A stretch of 64,000 nt of DNA from contig OZ024743.1 in NCBI GenBank assembly GCA_964016885.1, positions 212,040,001-212,104,000 on the forward strand. Reading direction: 5' to 3'. Of this stretch, positions 9,050 through 23,200 are shown piece by piece (the stretch's first letter is position 1; the number at the start of each line of letters is the position of its first letter). Source of the stretch: Eledone cirrhosa. Lineage: Eukaryota. The notes under the pieces are model-generated. The model was not told where the DNA came from and did no database searches. It saw only the letters and a program-made list of their open reading frames with translations. The translations under genes and the position numbers were made by a program.

Positions 9050-12000
9050 GGCGGACTTCAGCTGCCTCATTTAGCATGGGCAGTTTTTCTTGAAGATCAC
9101 ACCACACACAGCCAATGAGTGTCTGCACATGTACCAGTAATTACAGATGGATCCCACCACGGGCGGCCGGCCCACAATCTGAAAGGTTACTCAGCCTGCA
9201 AATCGTCATTTTCGGATTCGTTTTCTTCGAAGCACACCATTCGCCGGCGGACTTCAGCTGCCTCATTTAGCATGGGCAGTTTTTCTTGAAGATCAGACCA
9301 CACACAGCCAATGAGTGTCTGCACATGTACCAGTAATTAGAGATCGATCCGACCACGGGCGGCCGGCCCACGATCGAGAAAAAGGTAACTCCGCCGGCAA
9401 ATCGTCATTTTTGTGATCCGTTTTCTTCGAAGCACACCATTCGCCGCCGGACTTCAGCTGCCTCATTTAGCATGGGCAGTTTTTTTTGAAAATCACACCA
9501 CACACAACCAATGTGTGTCTGCACATGTACCAGTAATTACAGATCGATCCCACCACGAGTTCAATGTAAACTAACTTACGCTCAACGACTTTGTTGACGT
9601 TTAACACGGTTTGGTTCCACAGCCACAACTATTGATTTTAAGGAGATATCTTGCTGAAATTCACGCCACACATAGCCAATGAGTGTCTGCACATGTACCA
9701 GTAATTACAGATCGATCCGACCAGGGGCGGCCGGCCCACAATCGAAAAGGTTACTCCGCCTGCAAATCGTCATTTTCGGATTCGTTTTCTTCGAAGCACA
9801 CCATTCGCCGCCGGACTTCAGCTGCCTCATTTAGCATGGGCAGTTTTTTTTGAAAATCACACCACACACAACCAATGTGTGTCTGCACATGTACCAGTAA
9901 TTACAGATCGATCCCCCCACGGGCGGCCGGCCCACAATCGAAAAGGTTACTCCGCCTGCAAATCGTCATTTTCGGATTCGTTTTCTTCGAAGCACACCAT
10001 TCGCCGGCGGACTTCAGCTGCCTCATTTAGCATGGGCAGTTTTTCTTGAAGATCACACCACACACAGCCAATGAGTGTCTGCACATGTACCAGTAATTAG
10101 AGATCGATCCGACCACGGGCGGCCGGCCCACGATCGAGAAAAAGGTAACTCCGCCGGCAAATCGTCATTTTTGTGATCCGTTTTCTTCGAAGCACACCAT
10201 TCGCCGCCGGACTTCAGCTGCCTCAGTTAGCATGGGCAGTTTTTTTTGAAAATCACACCACACACAACCAATGTGTGTCTGCACATGTACCAGTAATTAC
10301 AGATCGATCTGACCACGGGCGGCCGGCCCGCGATTGAAAAGGTAACTCCGCCGGCAAATCGTCATTTTTGTGATTCGTTTTCTTCGAAGCACACCATTCG
10401 CCGCCGGACTTCAGCTGCCTCATTTAGCATGGGCAGTTTTTTTGGAAAATCACACCACACACAACCAATGTGTGTCTGCACATGTACCAGTAATTACAGA
10501 TCGATCCCACCACGAGTTCAATGTAAACAAACTTACGCTCAACGACTTTGTTGACGTTTAACATGGTTTGGTTCCACAGCCACAACTATTGATTTTACGG
10601 AGATATCTTGCTGAAATTCACGCCACACATAGCCAATGAGTGTCTGCACATGTACCAGTAATTACAGATCGATCCGACCACGGGCGGCCGGCCCGCGATT
10701 GAAAAGGTAACTCCGCCGGCAAATCGTCATTTTTGTGATCCGTTTTCTTCGAAGCACACCATTCGCCGCCGGACTTCAGCTGCCTCATTTAGCATGGGCA
10801 GTCTTTTTTGAAAATCACACCACACACAACCAATGTGTGTCTGCACATGTACCAGTAATTACAGATCGATCCGACCACGGGCGGCCGGCCCGCGATTGAA
10901 AAGGTAACTCCGCCGGCAAATCGTCATTTTTGTGATTCGTTTTCTTCGAAGCACACCATTCGCCGCCGGACTTCAGCTGCCTCATTTAGCATGGGCAGTT
11001 TTTTTGAAAATCACACCACACACAACCAATGTGTGTCTGCACATGTACCAGTAATTACAGATCGATCCCACCACGAGTTCAATGTAAACAAACTTACGCT
11101 CAACGACTTTGTTGACGTTTAACACGGTTTGGTTCCACAGCCACAACTATTGATTTTACGGAGATATCTTGCTGAAATTCACGCCACACATAGCCAATGA
11201 GTGTCTGCACATGTACCAGTAATTACAGATCGATCCGACCACGGGCGGCCGGCCCGCGATTGAAAAGGTAACTCCGCCGGCAAATCGTCATTTTTGTGAT
11301 CCGTTTTCTTCGAAGCACACCATTCGCCGCCGGACTTCAGCTGCCTCATTTAGCATGGGCAGTCTTTTTTGAAAATCACACCACACACAACCAATGTGTG
11401 TCTGCACATGTACCAGTAATTACAGATCGATCCGACCACGGGCGGCCGGCCCGCGATTGAAAAGGTAACTCCGCCGGCAAATCGTCATTTTTGTGATTCG
11501 TTTTCTTCGAAGCACACCATTCGCCGGCGGACTTCAGCTGCCTCATTTAGCATGGGCAGTTTTTCTTGAAGATCACACCACACACAGCCAATGAGTGTCT
11601 GCACATGTACCAGTAATTACAGATGGATCCCACCACGGGCGGCCGGCCCACAATCTGAAAGGTTACTCAGCCTGCAAATCGTCATTTTCGGATTCGTTTT
11701 CTTCGAAGCACACCATTCGCCGGCGGACTTCAGCTGCCTCATTTAGCATGGGCAGTTTTTCTTGAAGATCAGACCACACACAGCCAATGAGTGTCTGCAC
11801 ATGTACCAGTAATTAGAGATCGATCCGACCACGGGCGGCCGGCCCACGATCGAGAAAAAGGTAACTCCGCCGGCAAATCGTCATTTTTGTGATCCGTTTT
11901 CTTCGAAGCACACCATTCGCCGCCGGACTTCAGCTGCCTCATTTAGCATGGGCAGTTTTTTTTGAAAATCACACCACACACAACCAATGTGTGTCTGCAC

Positions 12001-14000
12001 ATGTACCAGTAATTACAGATCGATCCCACCACGAGTTCAATGTAAACTAACTTACGCTCAACGACTTTGTTGACGTTTAACACGGTTTGGTTCCACAGCC
12101 ACAACTATTGATTTTAAGGAGATATCTTGCTGAAATTCACGCCACACATAGCCAATGAGTGTCTGCACATGTACCAGTAATTACAGATCGATCCGACCAG
12201 GGGCGGCCGGCCCACAATCGAAAAGGTTACTCCGCCTGCAAATCGTCATTTTCGGATTCGTTTTCTTCGAAGCACACCATTCGCCGCCGGACTTCAGCTG
12301 CCTCATTTAGCATGGGCAGTTTTTTTTGAAAATCACACCACACACAACCAATGTGTGTCTGCACATGTACCAGTAATTACAGATCGATCCCCCCACGGGC
12401 GGCCGGCCCACAATCGAAAAGGTTACTCCGCCTGCAAATCGTCATTTTCGGATTCGTTTTCTTCGAAGCACACCATTCGCCGGCGGACTTCAGCTGCCTC
12501 ATTTAGCATGGGCAGTTTTTCTTGAAGATCACACCACACACAGCCAATGAGTGTCTGCACATGTACCAGTAATTAGAGATCGATCCGACCACGGGCGGCC
12601 GGCCCACGATCGAGAAAAAGGTAACTCCGCCGGCAAATCGTCATTTTTGTGATCCGTTTTCTTCGAAGCACACCATTCGCCGCCGGACTTCAGCTGCCTC
12701 AGTTAGCATGGGCAGTTTTTTTTGAAAATCACACCACACACAACCAATGTGTGTCTGCACATGTACCAGTAATTACAGATCGATCTGACCACGGGCGGCC
12801 GGCCCGCGATTGAAAAGGTAACTCCGCCGGCAAATCGTCATTTTTGTGATTCGTTTTCTTCGAAGCACACCATTCGCCGCCGGACTTCAGCTGCCTCATT
12901 TAGCATGGGCAGTTTTTTTGGAAAATCACACCACACACAACCAATGTGTGTCTGCACATGTACCAGTAATTACAGATCGATCCCACCACGAGTTCAATGT
13001 AAACAAACTTACGCTCAACGACTTTGTTGACGTTTAACATGGTTTGGTTCCACAGCCACAACTATTGATTTTACGGAGATATCTTGCTGAAATTCACGCC
13101 ACACATAGCCAATGAGTGTCTGCACATGTACCAGTAATTACAGATCGATCCGACCACGGGCGGCCGGCCCGCGATTGAAAAGGTAACTCCGCCGGCAAAT
13201 CGTCATTTTTGTGATCCGTTTTCTTCGAAGCACACCATTCGCCGCCGGACTTCAGCTGCCTCATTTAGCATGGGCAGTCTTTTTTGAAAATCACACCACA
13301 CACAACCAATGTGTGTCTGCACATGTACCAGTAATTACAGATCGATCCGACCACGGGCGGCCGGCCCGCGATTGAAAAGGTAACTCCGCCGGCAAATCGT
13401 CATTTTTGTGATTCGTTTTCTTCGAAGCACACCATTCGCCGCCGGACTTCAGCTGCCTCATTTAGCATGGGCAGTTTTTTTGAAAATCACACCACACACA
13501 ACCAATGTGTGTCTGCACATGTACCAGTAATTACAGATCGATCCCACCACGAGTTCAATGTAAACAAACTTACGCTCAACGACTTTGTTGACGTTTAACA
13601 CGGTTTGGTTCCACAGCCACAACTATTGATTTTACGGAGATATCTTGCTGAAATTCACGCCACACATAGCCAATGAGTGTCTGCACATGTACCAGTAATT
13701 ACAGATCGATCCGACCACGGGCGGCCGGCCCGCGATTGAAAAGGTAACTCCGCCGGCAAATCGTCATTTTTGTGATCCGTTTTCTTCGAAGCACACCATT
13801 CGCCGCCGGACTTCAGCTGCCTCATTTAGCATGGGCAGTCTTTTTTGAAAATCACACCACACACAACCAATGTGTGTCTGCACATGTACCAGTAATTACA
13901 GATCGATCCGACCACGGGCGGCCGGCCCGCGATTGAAAAGGTAACTCCGCCGGCAAATCGTCATTTTTGTGATTCGTTTTCTTCGAAGCACACCATTCGC
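9050..14000. repeat. Tandem duplication, 2476 bp x2
   Basis: ORFs 10370/12846 differ by 2476. Private variants AATCTGAAAG, TACTCAGCC, GATCAGACC, CCTCAGTTAG and GATCTGACC recur at this offset. Confidence 0.88.
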
Positions 14001-14213
14001 CGCCGGACTTCAGCTGCCTCATTTAGCATGGGCAGTTTTTTTGAAAATCACACCACACACAACCAATGTGTGTCTGCACATGTACCAGTAATTACAGATC
14101 GATCCCACCACGAGTTCAATGTAAACAAACTTACGCTCAACGACTTTGTTGACGTTTAACACGGTTTGGTTCCACAGCCACAACTATTGATTTTACGGAG
14201 ATATCTTGCTGAA
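13092..14213. repeat. 561-bp trimer (C'-C-D) x2; another copy plus a partial one near 10616-11525
   Basis: The post-T2 head TTCACGCC recurs at a 561-bp spacing (CGCC at 13097, 13658, 14219 and at 10621, 11182). Markers are GCAGTCTTTTTTG and a one-T deletion. 197+196+168=561. Confidence 0.88.
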
Positions 14214-16089
14214 ATTCACGCCACACATAGCCAATGAGTGTCTGCACATGTACCAGTAATTACAGATCGATCCGACCAGGGGCGGCCGGCCCGCGATTGA
14301 AAAGGTAACTCCGCCGGCAAATCGTCATTTTTGTGATTCGTTTTCTTCGAAGCACACCATTCGCCGGCGGACTTTGTTGACGTTTAACACGGTTTGGTTC
14401 CACAGCCACAACTATTGATTTTAAGGAGATATCTTGCTGAGATTCACGCCACACATAGCCAATGAGTGTCTGCACATGTACCAGTAATTACAGATCGATC
14501 CGACCACGGACGGCCGGCCCGCGATTGAAAAGGTAACTCCGCCGGCAAATCGTCATTTTTGGATTCGTTTTCTTCGAAGCACACCATTCGCCGGCGGACT
14601 TTGTTGACGTTTAACACGGTTTGGTTCCACAGCCACAACTATTGATTTTAAGGAGATATCTTGCTGAGATTCACGCCACACATAGCCAATGAGTGTCTGC
14701 ACATGTACCAGTAATTACAGATGGATCCCACCACGGGCGGCCGGCCCACAATCGAAAAGGTTACTCCGCCTGCAAATCGTCATTTTCGGATTCGTTTTCT
14801 TCGAAGCACACCATTCGCCGGCGGACTTCAGCTGCCTCATTTAGCATGGGCAGTTTTTCTTGAAGATCACACCACACACAGCCAATGAGTGTCTGCACAT
14901 GTACCAGTAATTACAGATGGATCCCACCACGGGCGGCCGGCCCACAATCTGAAAGGTTACTCAGCCTGCAAATCGTCATTTTCGGATTCGTTTTCTTCGA
15001 AGCACACCATTCGCCGGCGGACTTCAGCTGCCTCATTTAGCATGGGCAGTTTTTCTTGAAGATCAGACCACACACAGCCAATGAGTGTCTGCACATGTAC
15101 CAGTAATTAGAGATCGATCCGACCACGGGCGGCCGGCCCACGATCGAGAAAAAGGTAACTCCGCCGGCAAATCGTCATTTTTGTGATCCGTTTTCTTCGA
15201 AGCACACCATTCGCCGCCGGACTTCAGCTGCCTCATTTAGCATGGGCAGTTTTTTTTGAAAATCACACCACACACAACCAATGTGTGTCTGCACATGTAC
15301 CAGTAATTACAGATCGATCCCACCACGAGTTCAATGTAAACTAACTTACGCTCAACGACTTTGTTGACGTTTAACACGGTTTGGTTCCACAGCCACAACT
15401 ATTGATTTTAAGGAGATATCTTGCTGAAATTCACGCCACACATAGCCAATGAGTGTCTGCACATGTACCAGTAATTACAGATCGATCCGACCAGGGGCGG
15501 CCGGCCCACAATCGAAAAGGTTACTCCGCCTGCAAATCGTCATTTTCGGATTCGTTTTCTTCGAAGCACACCATTCGCCGCCGGACTTCAGCTGCCTCAT
15601 TTAGCATGGGCAGTTTTTTTTGAAAATCACACCACACACAACCAATGTGTGTCTGCACATGTACCAGTAATTACAGATCGATCCCCCCACGGGCGGCCGG
15701 CCCACAATCGAAAAGGTTACTCCGCCTGCAAATCGTCATTTTCGGATTCGTTTTCTTCGAAGCACACCATTCGCCGGCGGACTTCAGCTGCCTCATTTAG
15801 CATGGGCAGTTTTTCTTGAAGATCACACCACACACAGCCAATGAGTGTCTGCACATGTACCAGTAATTAGAGATCGATCCGACCACGGGCGGCCGGCCCA
15901 CGATCGAGAAAAAGGTAACTCCGCCGGCAAATCGTCATTTTTGTGATCCGTTTTCTTCGAAGCACACCATTCGCCGCCGGACTTCAGCTGCCTCAGTTAG
16001 CATGGGCAGTTTTTTTTGAAAATCACACCACACACAACCAATGTGTGTCTGCACATGTACCAGTAATTACAGATCGATCTGACCACGGG

Positions 16090-19000
16090 CGGCCGGCCCG
16101 CGATTGAAAAGGTAACTCCGCCGGCAAATCGTCATTTTTGTGATTCGTTTTCTTCGAAGCACACCATTCGCCGCCGGACTTCAGCTGCCTCATTTAGCAT
16201 GGGCAGTTTTTTTGGAAAATCACACCACACACAACCAATGTGTGTCTGCACATGTACCAGTAATTACAGATCGATCCCACCACGAGTTCAATGTAAACAA
16301 ACTTACGCTCAACGACTTTGTTGACGTTTAACATGGTTTGGTTCCACAGCCACAACTATTGATTTTACGGAGATATATTGCTGAAATTCACGCCACACAT
16401 AGCCAATGAGTGTCTGCACATGTACCAGTAATTACAGATCGATCCGACCAGGGGCGGCCGGCCCGCGATTGAAAAGGTAACTCCGCCGGCAAATCGTCAT
16501 TTTTGTGATTCGTTTTCTTCGAAGCACACCATTCGCCGGCGGACTTTGTTGACGTTTAACACGGTTTGGTTCCACAGCCACAACTATTGATTTTAAGGAG
16601 ATATCTTGCTGAAATTCACGCCACACATAGCCAATGAGTGTCTGCACATGTACCAGTAATTACAGATCGATCCGACCACGGACGGCCGGCCCGCGATTGA
16701 AAAGGTAACTCCGCCGGCAAATCGTCATTTTTGGATTCGTTTTCTTCGAAGCACACCATTCGCCGGCGGACTTTGTTGACGTTTAACACGGTTTGGTTCC
16801 ACAGCCACAACTATTGATTTTAAGGAGATATCTTGCTGAGATTCACGCCACACATAGCCAATGAGTGTCTGCACATGTACCAGTAATTACAGATGGATCC
16901 CACCACGGGCGGCCGGCCCACAATCGAAAAGGTTACTCCGCCTGCAAATCGTCATTTTCGGATTCGTTTTCTTCGAAGCACACCATTCGCCGGCGGACTT
17001 CAGCTGCCTCATTTAGCATGGGCAGTTTTTCTTGAAGATCACACCACACACAGCCAATGAGTGTCTGCACATGTACCAGTAATTACAGATGGATCCCACC
17101 ACGGGCGGCCGGCCCACAATCGGAAAGGTTACTCCGCCTGCAAATCGTCATTTTCGGATTCGTTTTCTTCGAAGCACACCATTCGCCGGCGGACTTCAGC
17201 TGCCTCATTTAGCATGGGCAGTTTTTCTTGAAGATCACACCACACACAGCCAATGAGTGTCTGCACATGTACCAGTAATTAGAGATCGATCCGACCACGG
17301 GCGGCCGGCCCACGATCGAGAAAAAGGTAACTCCGCCGGCAAATCGTCATTTTTGTGATCCGTTTTCTTCGAAGCACACCATTCGCCGCCGGACTTCAGC
17401 TGCCTCATTTAGCATGGGCAGTTTTTTTTGAAAATCACACCACACACAACCAATGTGTGTCTGCACATGTACCAGTAATTACAGATCGATCCGACCACGG
17501 GCGGCCGGCCCGCGATTGAAAAGGTAACTCCGCCGGCAAATCGTCATTTTTGTGATTCGTTTTCTTCGAAGCACACCATTCGCCGCCGGACTTCAGCTGC
17601 CTCATTTAACATGGGCAGTTTTTTTTTAAAATCACACCACACACAACCAATGTGTTTCTGCACATGTACCAGTAATTACAGATCGATCCCACCACGAGTT
17701 CAATGTAAACTAACTTACGCTCAACGACTTTGTTGACGTTTAACACGGTTTGGTTCCACAGCCACAACTATTGATTTTAAGGAGATATCTTGCTGAAATT
17801 CACGCCACACATAGCCAATGAGTGTCTGCACATGTACCAGTAATTACAGATCGATCCGACCAGGGGCGGCCGGCCCGCGATTGAAAAGGTAACTCCGCCG
17901 GCACATCGTCATTTTTGGATTCGTTTTCTTCGAAGCACACCATTCGCCGGCGGACTTTGTTGACGTTTAACACGGTTTGGTTCCACAGCCACAACTATTG
18001 ATTTTAAGGAGATATCTTGCTGAAATTCACGCCACACATAGCCAATGAGTGTCTGCACAGGTACCAGTAATTACAGATCGATCCGACCACGGGCGGCCGG
18101 CCCGCGATTGAAAAGGTAATTCCGCCGGCAAATCGTCATTTTTGTGATCCGTTTTCTTCGAAGCACACCATTCGCCGCCGGACTTCAGCTGCCTCATTTA
18201 GCATGGGCAGTTTTTTTTGAAAATCACACCACACACAACCAATGTGTGTCTGCACATGTACCAGTAATTACAGATCGATCCGACCACGGGCGGCCGGCCC
18301 GCGATTGAAAAGGTAACTCCGCCGGCAAATCGTCATTTTTGTGATTCGTTTTCTTCGAAGCACACCATTCGCCGCCGGACTTCAGCTGCCTCATTTAGCA
18401 TGGGCAGTTTTTTTGGAAAATCACACCACACACAACCAATGTGTGTCTGCACATGTACCAGTAATTACAGATCGATCCCACCACGAGTTCAATGTAAACA
18501 AACTTACGCTCAACGACTTTGTTGACGTTTAACATGGTTTGGTTCCACAGCCACAACTATTGATTTTACGGAGATATCTTGCTGAAATTCACGCCACACA
18601 TAGCCAATGAGTGTCTGCACATGTACCAGTAATTACAGATCGATCCGACCAGGGGCGGCCGGCCCGCGATTGAAAAGGTAACTCCGCCGGCAAATCGTCA
18701 TTTTTGTGATTCGTTTTCTTCGAAGCACACCATTCGCCGGCGGACTTTGTTGACGTTTAACACGGTTTGGTTCCACAGCCACAACTATTGATTTTAAGGA
18801 GATATCTTGCTGAAATTCACGCCACACATAGCCAATGAGTGTCTGCACATGTACCAGTAATTACAGATCGATCCGACCACGGACGGCCGGCCCGCGATTG
18901 AAAAGGTAACTCCGCTGGCAAATCGTCATTTTTGGATTCGTTTTCTTCGAAGCACACCATTCGCCGGCGGACTTTGTTGACGTTTAACACGGTTTGGTTC

Positions 19001-20290
19001 CACAGCCACAACTATTGATTTTAAGGAGATATCTTGCTGAGATTCACGCCACACATAGCCAATGAGTGTCTGCACATGTACCAGTAATTACAGATGGATC
19101 CCACCACGGGCGGCCGGCCCACAATCGAAAAGGTTACTCCGCCTGCAAATCGTCATTTTCGGATTCGTTTTCTTCGAAGCACACCATTCGCCGGCGGACT
19201 TCAGCTGCCTCATTTAGCATGGGCAGTTTTTCTTGAAGATCACACCACACACAGCCAATGAGTGTCTGCACATGTACCAGTAATTACAGATGGATCCCAC
19301 CACGGGCGGCCGGCCCACAATCGGAAAGGTTACTCCGCCTGCAAATCGTCATTTTCGGATTCGTTTTCTTCGAAGCACACCATTCGCCGGCGGACTTCAG
19401 CTGCCTCATTTAGCATGGGCAGTTTTTCTTGAAGATCACACCACACACAGCCAATGAGTGTCTGCACATGTACCAGTAATTAGAGATCGATCCGACCACG
19501 GGCGGCCGGCCCACGATCGAGAAAAAGGTAACTCCGCCGGCAAATCGTCATTTTTGTGATCCGTTTTCTTCGAAGCACACCATTCGCCGCCGGACTTCAG
19601 CTGCCTCATTTAGCATGGGCAGTTTTTTTTGAAAATCACACCACACACAACCAATGTGTGTCTGCACATGTACCAGTAATTACAGATCGATCCGACCACG
19701 GGCGGCCGGCCCGCGATTGAAAAGGTAACTCCGCCGGCAAATCGTCATTTTTGTGATTCGTATTCTTCGAAGCACACCATTCGCCGCCGGACTTCAGCTG
19801 CCTCATTTAACATGGGCAGTTTTTTTTTAAAATCACACCACACACAACCAATGTGTTTCTGCACATGTACCAGTAATTACAGATCGATCCCACCACGAGT
19901 TCAATGTAAACTAACTTACGCTCAACGACTTTGTTGACGTTTAACACGGTTTGGTTCCACAGCCACAACTATTGATTTTAAGGAGATATCTTGCTGAAAT
20001 TCACGCCACACATAGCCAATGAGTGTCTGCACATGTACCAGTAATTACAGATCGATCCGACCAGGGGCGGCCGGCCCGCGATTGAAAAGGTAACTCCGCC
20101 GGCAAATCGTCATTTTTGGATTCGTTTTCTTCGAAGCACACCATTCGCCGGCGGACTTTGTTGACGTTTAACACGGTTTGGTTCCACAGCCACAACTATT
20201 GATTTTAAGGAGATATCTTGCTGAAATTCACGCCACACATAGCCAATGAGTGTCTGCACATGTACCAGTAATTACAGATCGATCCGACCA
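16090..20290. repeat. Higher-order repeat, 2201 bp (11-mer C-D-E-E-A-A-B-C-D-E-C'), about 2 copies; a 1974-bp derivative lacking one E follows at ~21450-23420
   Basis: ORF pairs 16140/18341, 16432/18633, 16616/18817 and 17800/20001 differ by 2201. Pair 21502/23476 differs by 1974 = 2201-227. Confidence 0.88.
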
Positions 20291-23200
20291 GGGGCGGCCG
20301 GCCCGCGATTGAAAAGGTAACTCCGCCGGCAAATCGTCATTTTTGTGATTCGTTTTCTTCGAAGCACACCATTCGCCGCCGGACTTCAGCTGCCTCATTT
20401 AGCATGGGCAGTTTTTTTGGAAAATCACACCACACACAACCAATGTGTGTCTGCACATGTACCAGTAATTACAGATCGATCCCACCACGGGCGGCCGGCC
20501 CACAATCGAAAAGGTTACTCCGCCTGCAAATCGTCATTTTCGGATTCGTTTTCTTCGAAGCACACCATTCGCCGGCGGACTTCAGCTGCCTCATTTAGCA
20601 TGGGCAGTTTTTCTTGAAGATCACACCACACACAGCCAATGAGTGTCTGCACATGTACCAGTAATTAGAGATCGATCCGACCACGGGCGGCCGGCCCACG
20701 ATCGAGAAAAAGGTAACTCCGCCGGCAAATCGTCATTTTTGTGATCCGTTTTCTTCGAAGCACACCATTCGCCGCCGGACTTCAGCTGCCTCATTTAGCA
20801 TGGGCAGTTTTTTTTGAAAATCACACCACACACAACCAATGTGTGTCTGCACATGTACCAGTAATTACAGATCGATCCCACTACGGGCGGCCGGCCCACA
20901 ATCGAAAAGGTTACTCCGCCTGCAAATCGTCATTTTCGGATTCGTTTTCTTCGAAGCACACCATTCGCCGCCGGACTTCAGCTGCCTCATTTAGCATGGG
21001 CAGTTTTTTTTTAAAATCACACCACACACAACCAATGTGTGTCTGCACATGTACCAGTAATTACAGATCGATCCCACCACGAGTTCAATGTAAACAAACT
21101 TACGCTCAACGACTTTGTTGACGTTTAACACGGTTTGGTTCCACAGCCACAACTATTGATTTTACGGAGATATCTTGCTGAAATTCACGCCACACATAGC
21201 CAATGTGAGTCTGCACATGTACCAGTAATTAGAGATCGATCCGACCACGGGCGGCCGGCCCACGATCGAGAAAAAGGTAACTCCGCCGGCAAATCGTCAT
21301 TTTTGTGATCCGTTTTCTTCGAAGCACACCATTCGCCGCCGGACTTCAGCTGCCTCAGTTAGCATGGGCAGTTTTTTTTGAAAATCACACCACACACAAC
21401 CAATGTGTGTCTGCACATGTACCAGTAATTACAGATCGATCTGACCACGGGCGGCCGGCCCGCGATTGAAAAGGTAACTCCGCCGGCAAATCGTCATTTT
21501 TGTGATTCGTTTTCTTCGAAGCACACCATTCGCCGCCGGACTTCAGCTGCCTCATTTAGCATGGGCAGTTTTTTTGGAAAATCACACCACACACAACCAA
21601 TGTGTGTCTGCACATGTACCAGTAATTACAGATCGATCCCACCACGAGTTCAATGTAAACAAACTTACGCTCAACGACTTTGTTGACGTTTAACATGGTT
21701 TGGTTCCACAGCCACAACTATTGATTTTACGGAGATATATTGCTGAAATTCACGCCACACATAGCCAATGAGTGTCTGCACATGTACCAGTAATTACAGA
21801 TCGATCCGACCAGGGGCGGCCGGCCCGCGATTGAAAAGGTAACTCCGCCGGCAAATCGTCATTTTTGTGATTCGTTTTCTTCGAAGCACACCATTCGCCG
21901 GCGGACTTTGTTGACGTTTAACACGGTTTGGTTCCACAGCCACAACTATTGATTTTAAGGAGATATCTTGCTGAGATTCACGCCACACATAGCCAATGAG
22001 TGTCTGCACATGTACCAGTAATTACAGATGGATCCCACCACGGGCGGCCGGCCCACAATCGAAAAGGTTACTCCGCCTGCAAATCGTCATTTTCGGATTC
22101 GTTTTCTTCGAAGCACACCATTCGCCGGCGGACTTCAGCTGCCTCATTTAGCATGGGCAGTTTTTCTTGAAGATCACACCACACACAGCCAATGAGTGTC
22201 TGCACATGTACCAGTAATTACAGATGGATCCCACCACGGGCGGCCGGCCCACAATCGGAAAGGTTACTCCGCCTGCAAATCGTCATTTTCGGATTCGTTT
22301 TCTTCGAAGCACACCATTCGCCGGCGGACTTCAGCTGCCTCATTTAGCATGGGCAGTTTTTCTTGAAGATCACACCACACACAGCCAATGAGTGTCTGCA
22401 CATGTACCAGTAATTAGAGATCGATCCGACCACGGGCGGCCGGCCCACGATCGAGAAAAAGGTAACTCCGCCGGCAAATCGTCATTTTTGTGATCCGTTT
22501 TCTTCGAAGCACACCATTCGCCGCCGGACTTCAGCTGCCTCATTTAGCATGGGCAGTTTTTTTTGAAAATCACACCACACACAACCAATGTGTGTCTGCA
22601 CATGTACCAGTAATTACAGATCGATCCGACCACGGGCGGCCGGCCCGCGATTGAAAAGGTAACTCCGCCGGCAAATCGTCATTTTTGTGATTCGTTTTCT
22701 TCGAAGCACACCATTCGCCGCCGGACTTCAGCTGCCTCATTTAACATGGGCAGTTTTTTTTTAAAATCACACCACACACAACCAATGTGTTTCTGCACAT
22801 GTACCAGTAATTACAGATCGATCCCACCACGAGTTCAATGTAAACTAACTTACGCTCAACGACTTTGTTGACGTTTAACACGGTTTGGTTCCACAGCCAC
22901 AACTATTGATTTTAAGGAGATATCTTGCTGAAATTCACGCCACACATAGCCAATGAGTGTCTGCACATGTACCAGTAATTACAGATCGATCCGACCAGGG
23001 GCGGCCGGCCCGCGATTGAAAAGGTAACTCCGCCGGCACATCGTCATTTTTGGATTCGTTTTCTTCGAAGCACACCATTCGCCGGCGGACTTTGTTGACG
23101 TTTAACACGGTTTGGTTCCACAGCCACAACTATTGATTTTAAGGAGATATCTTGCTGAAATTCACGCCACACATAGCCAATGAGTGTCTGCACATGTACC

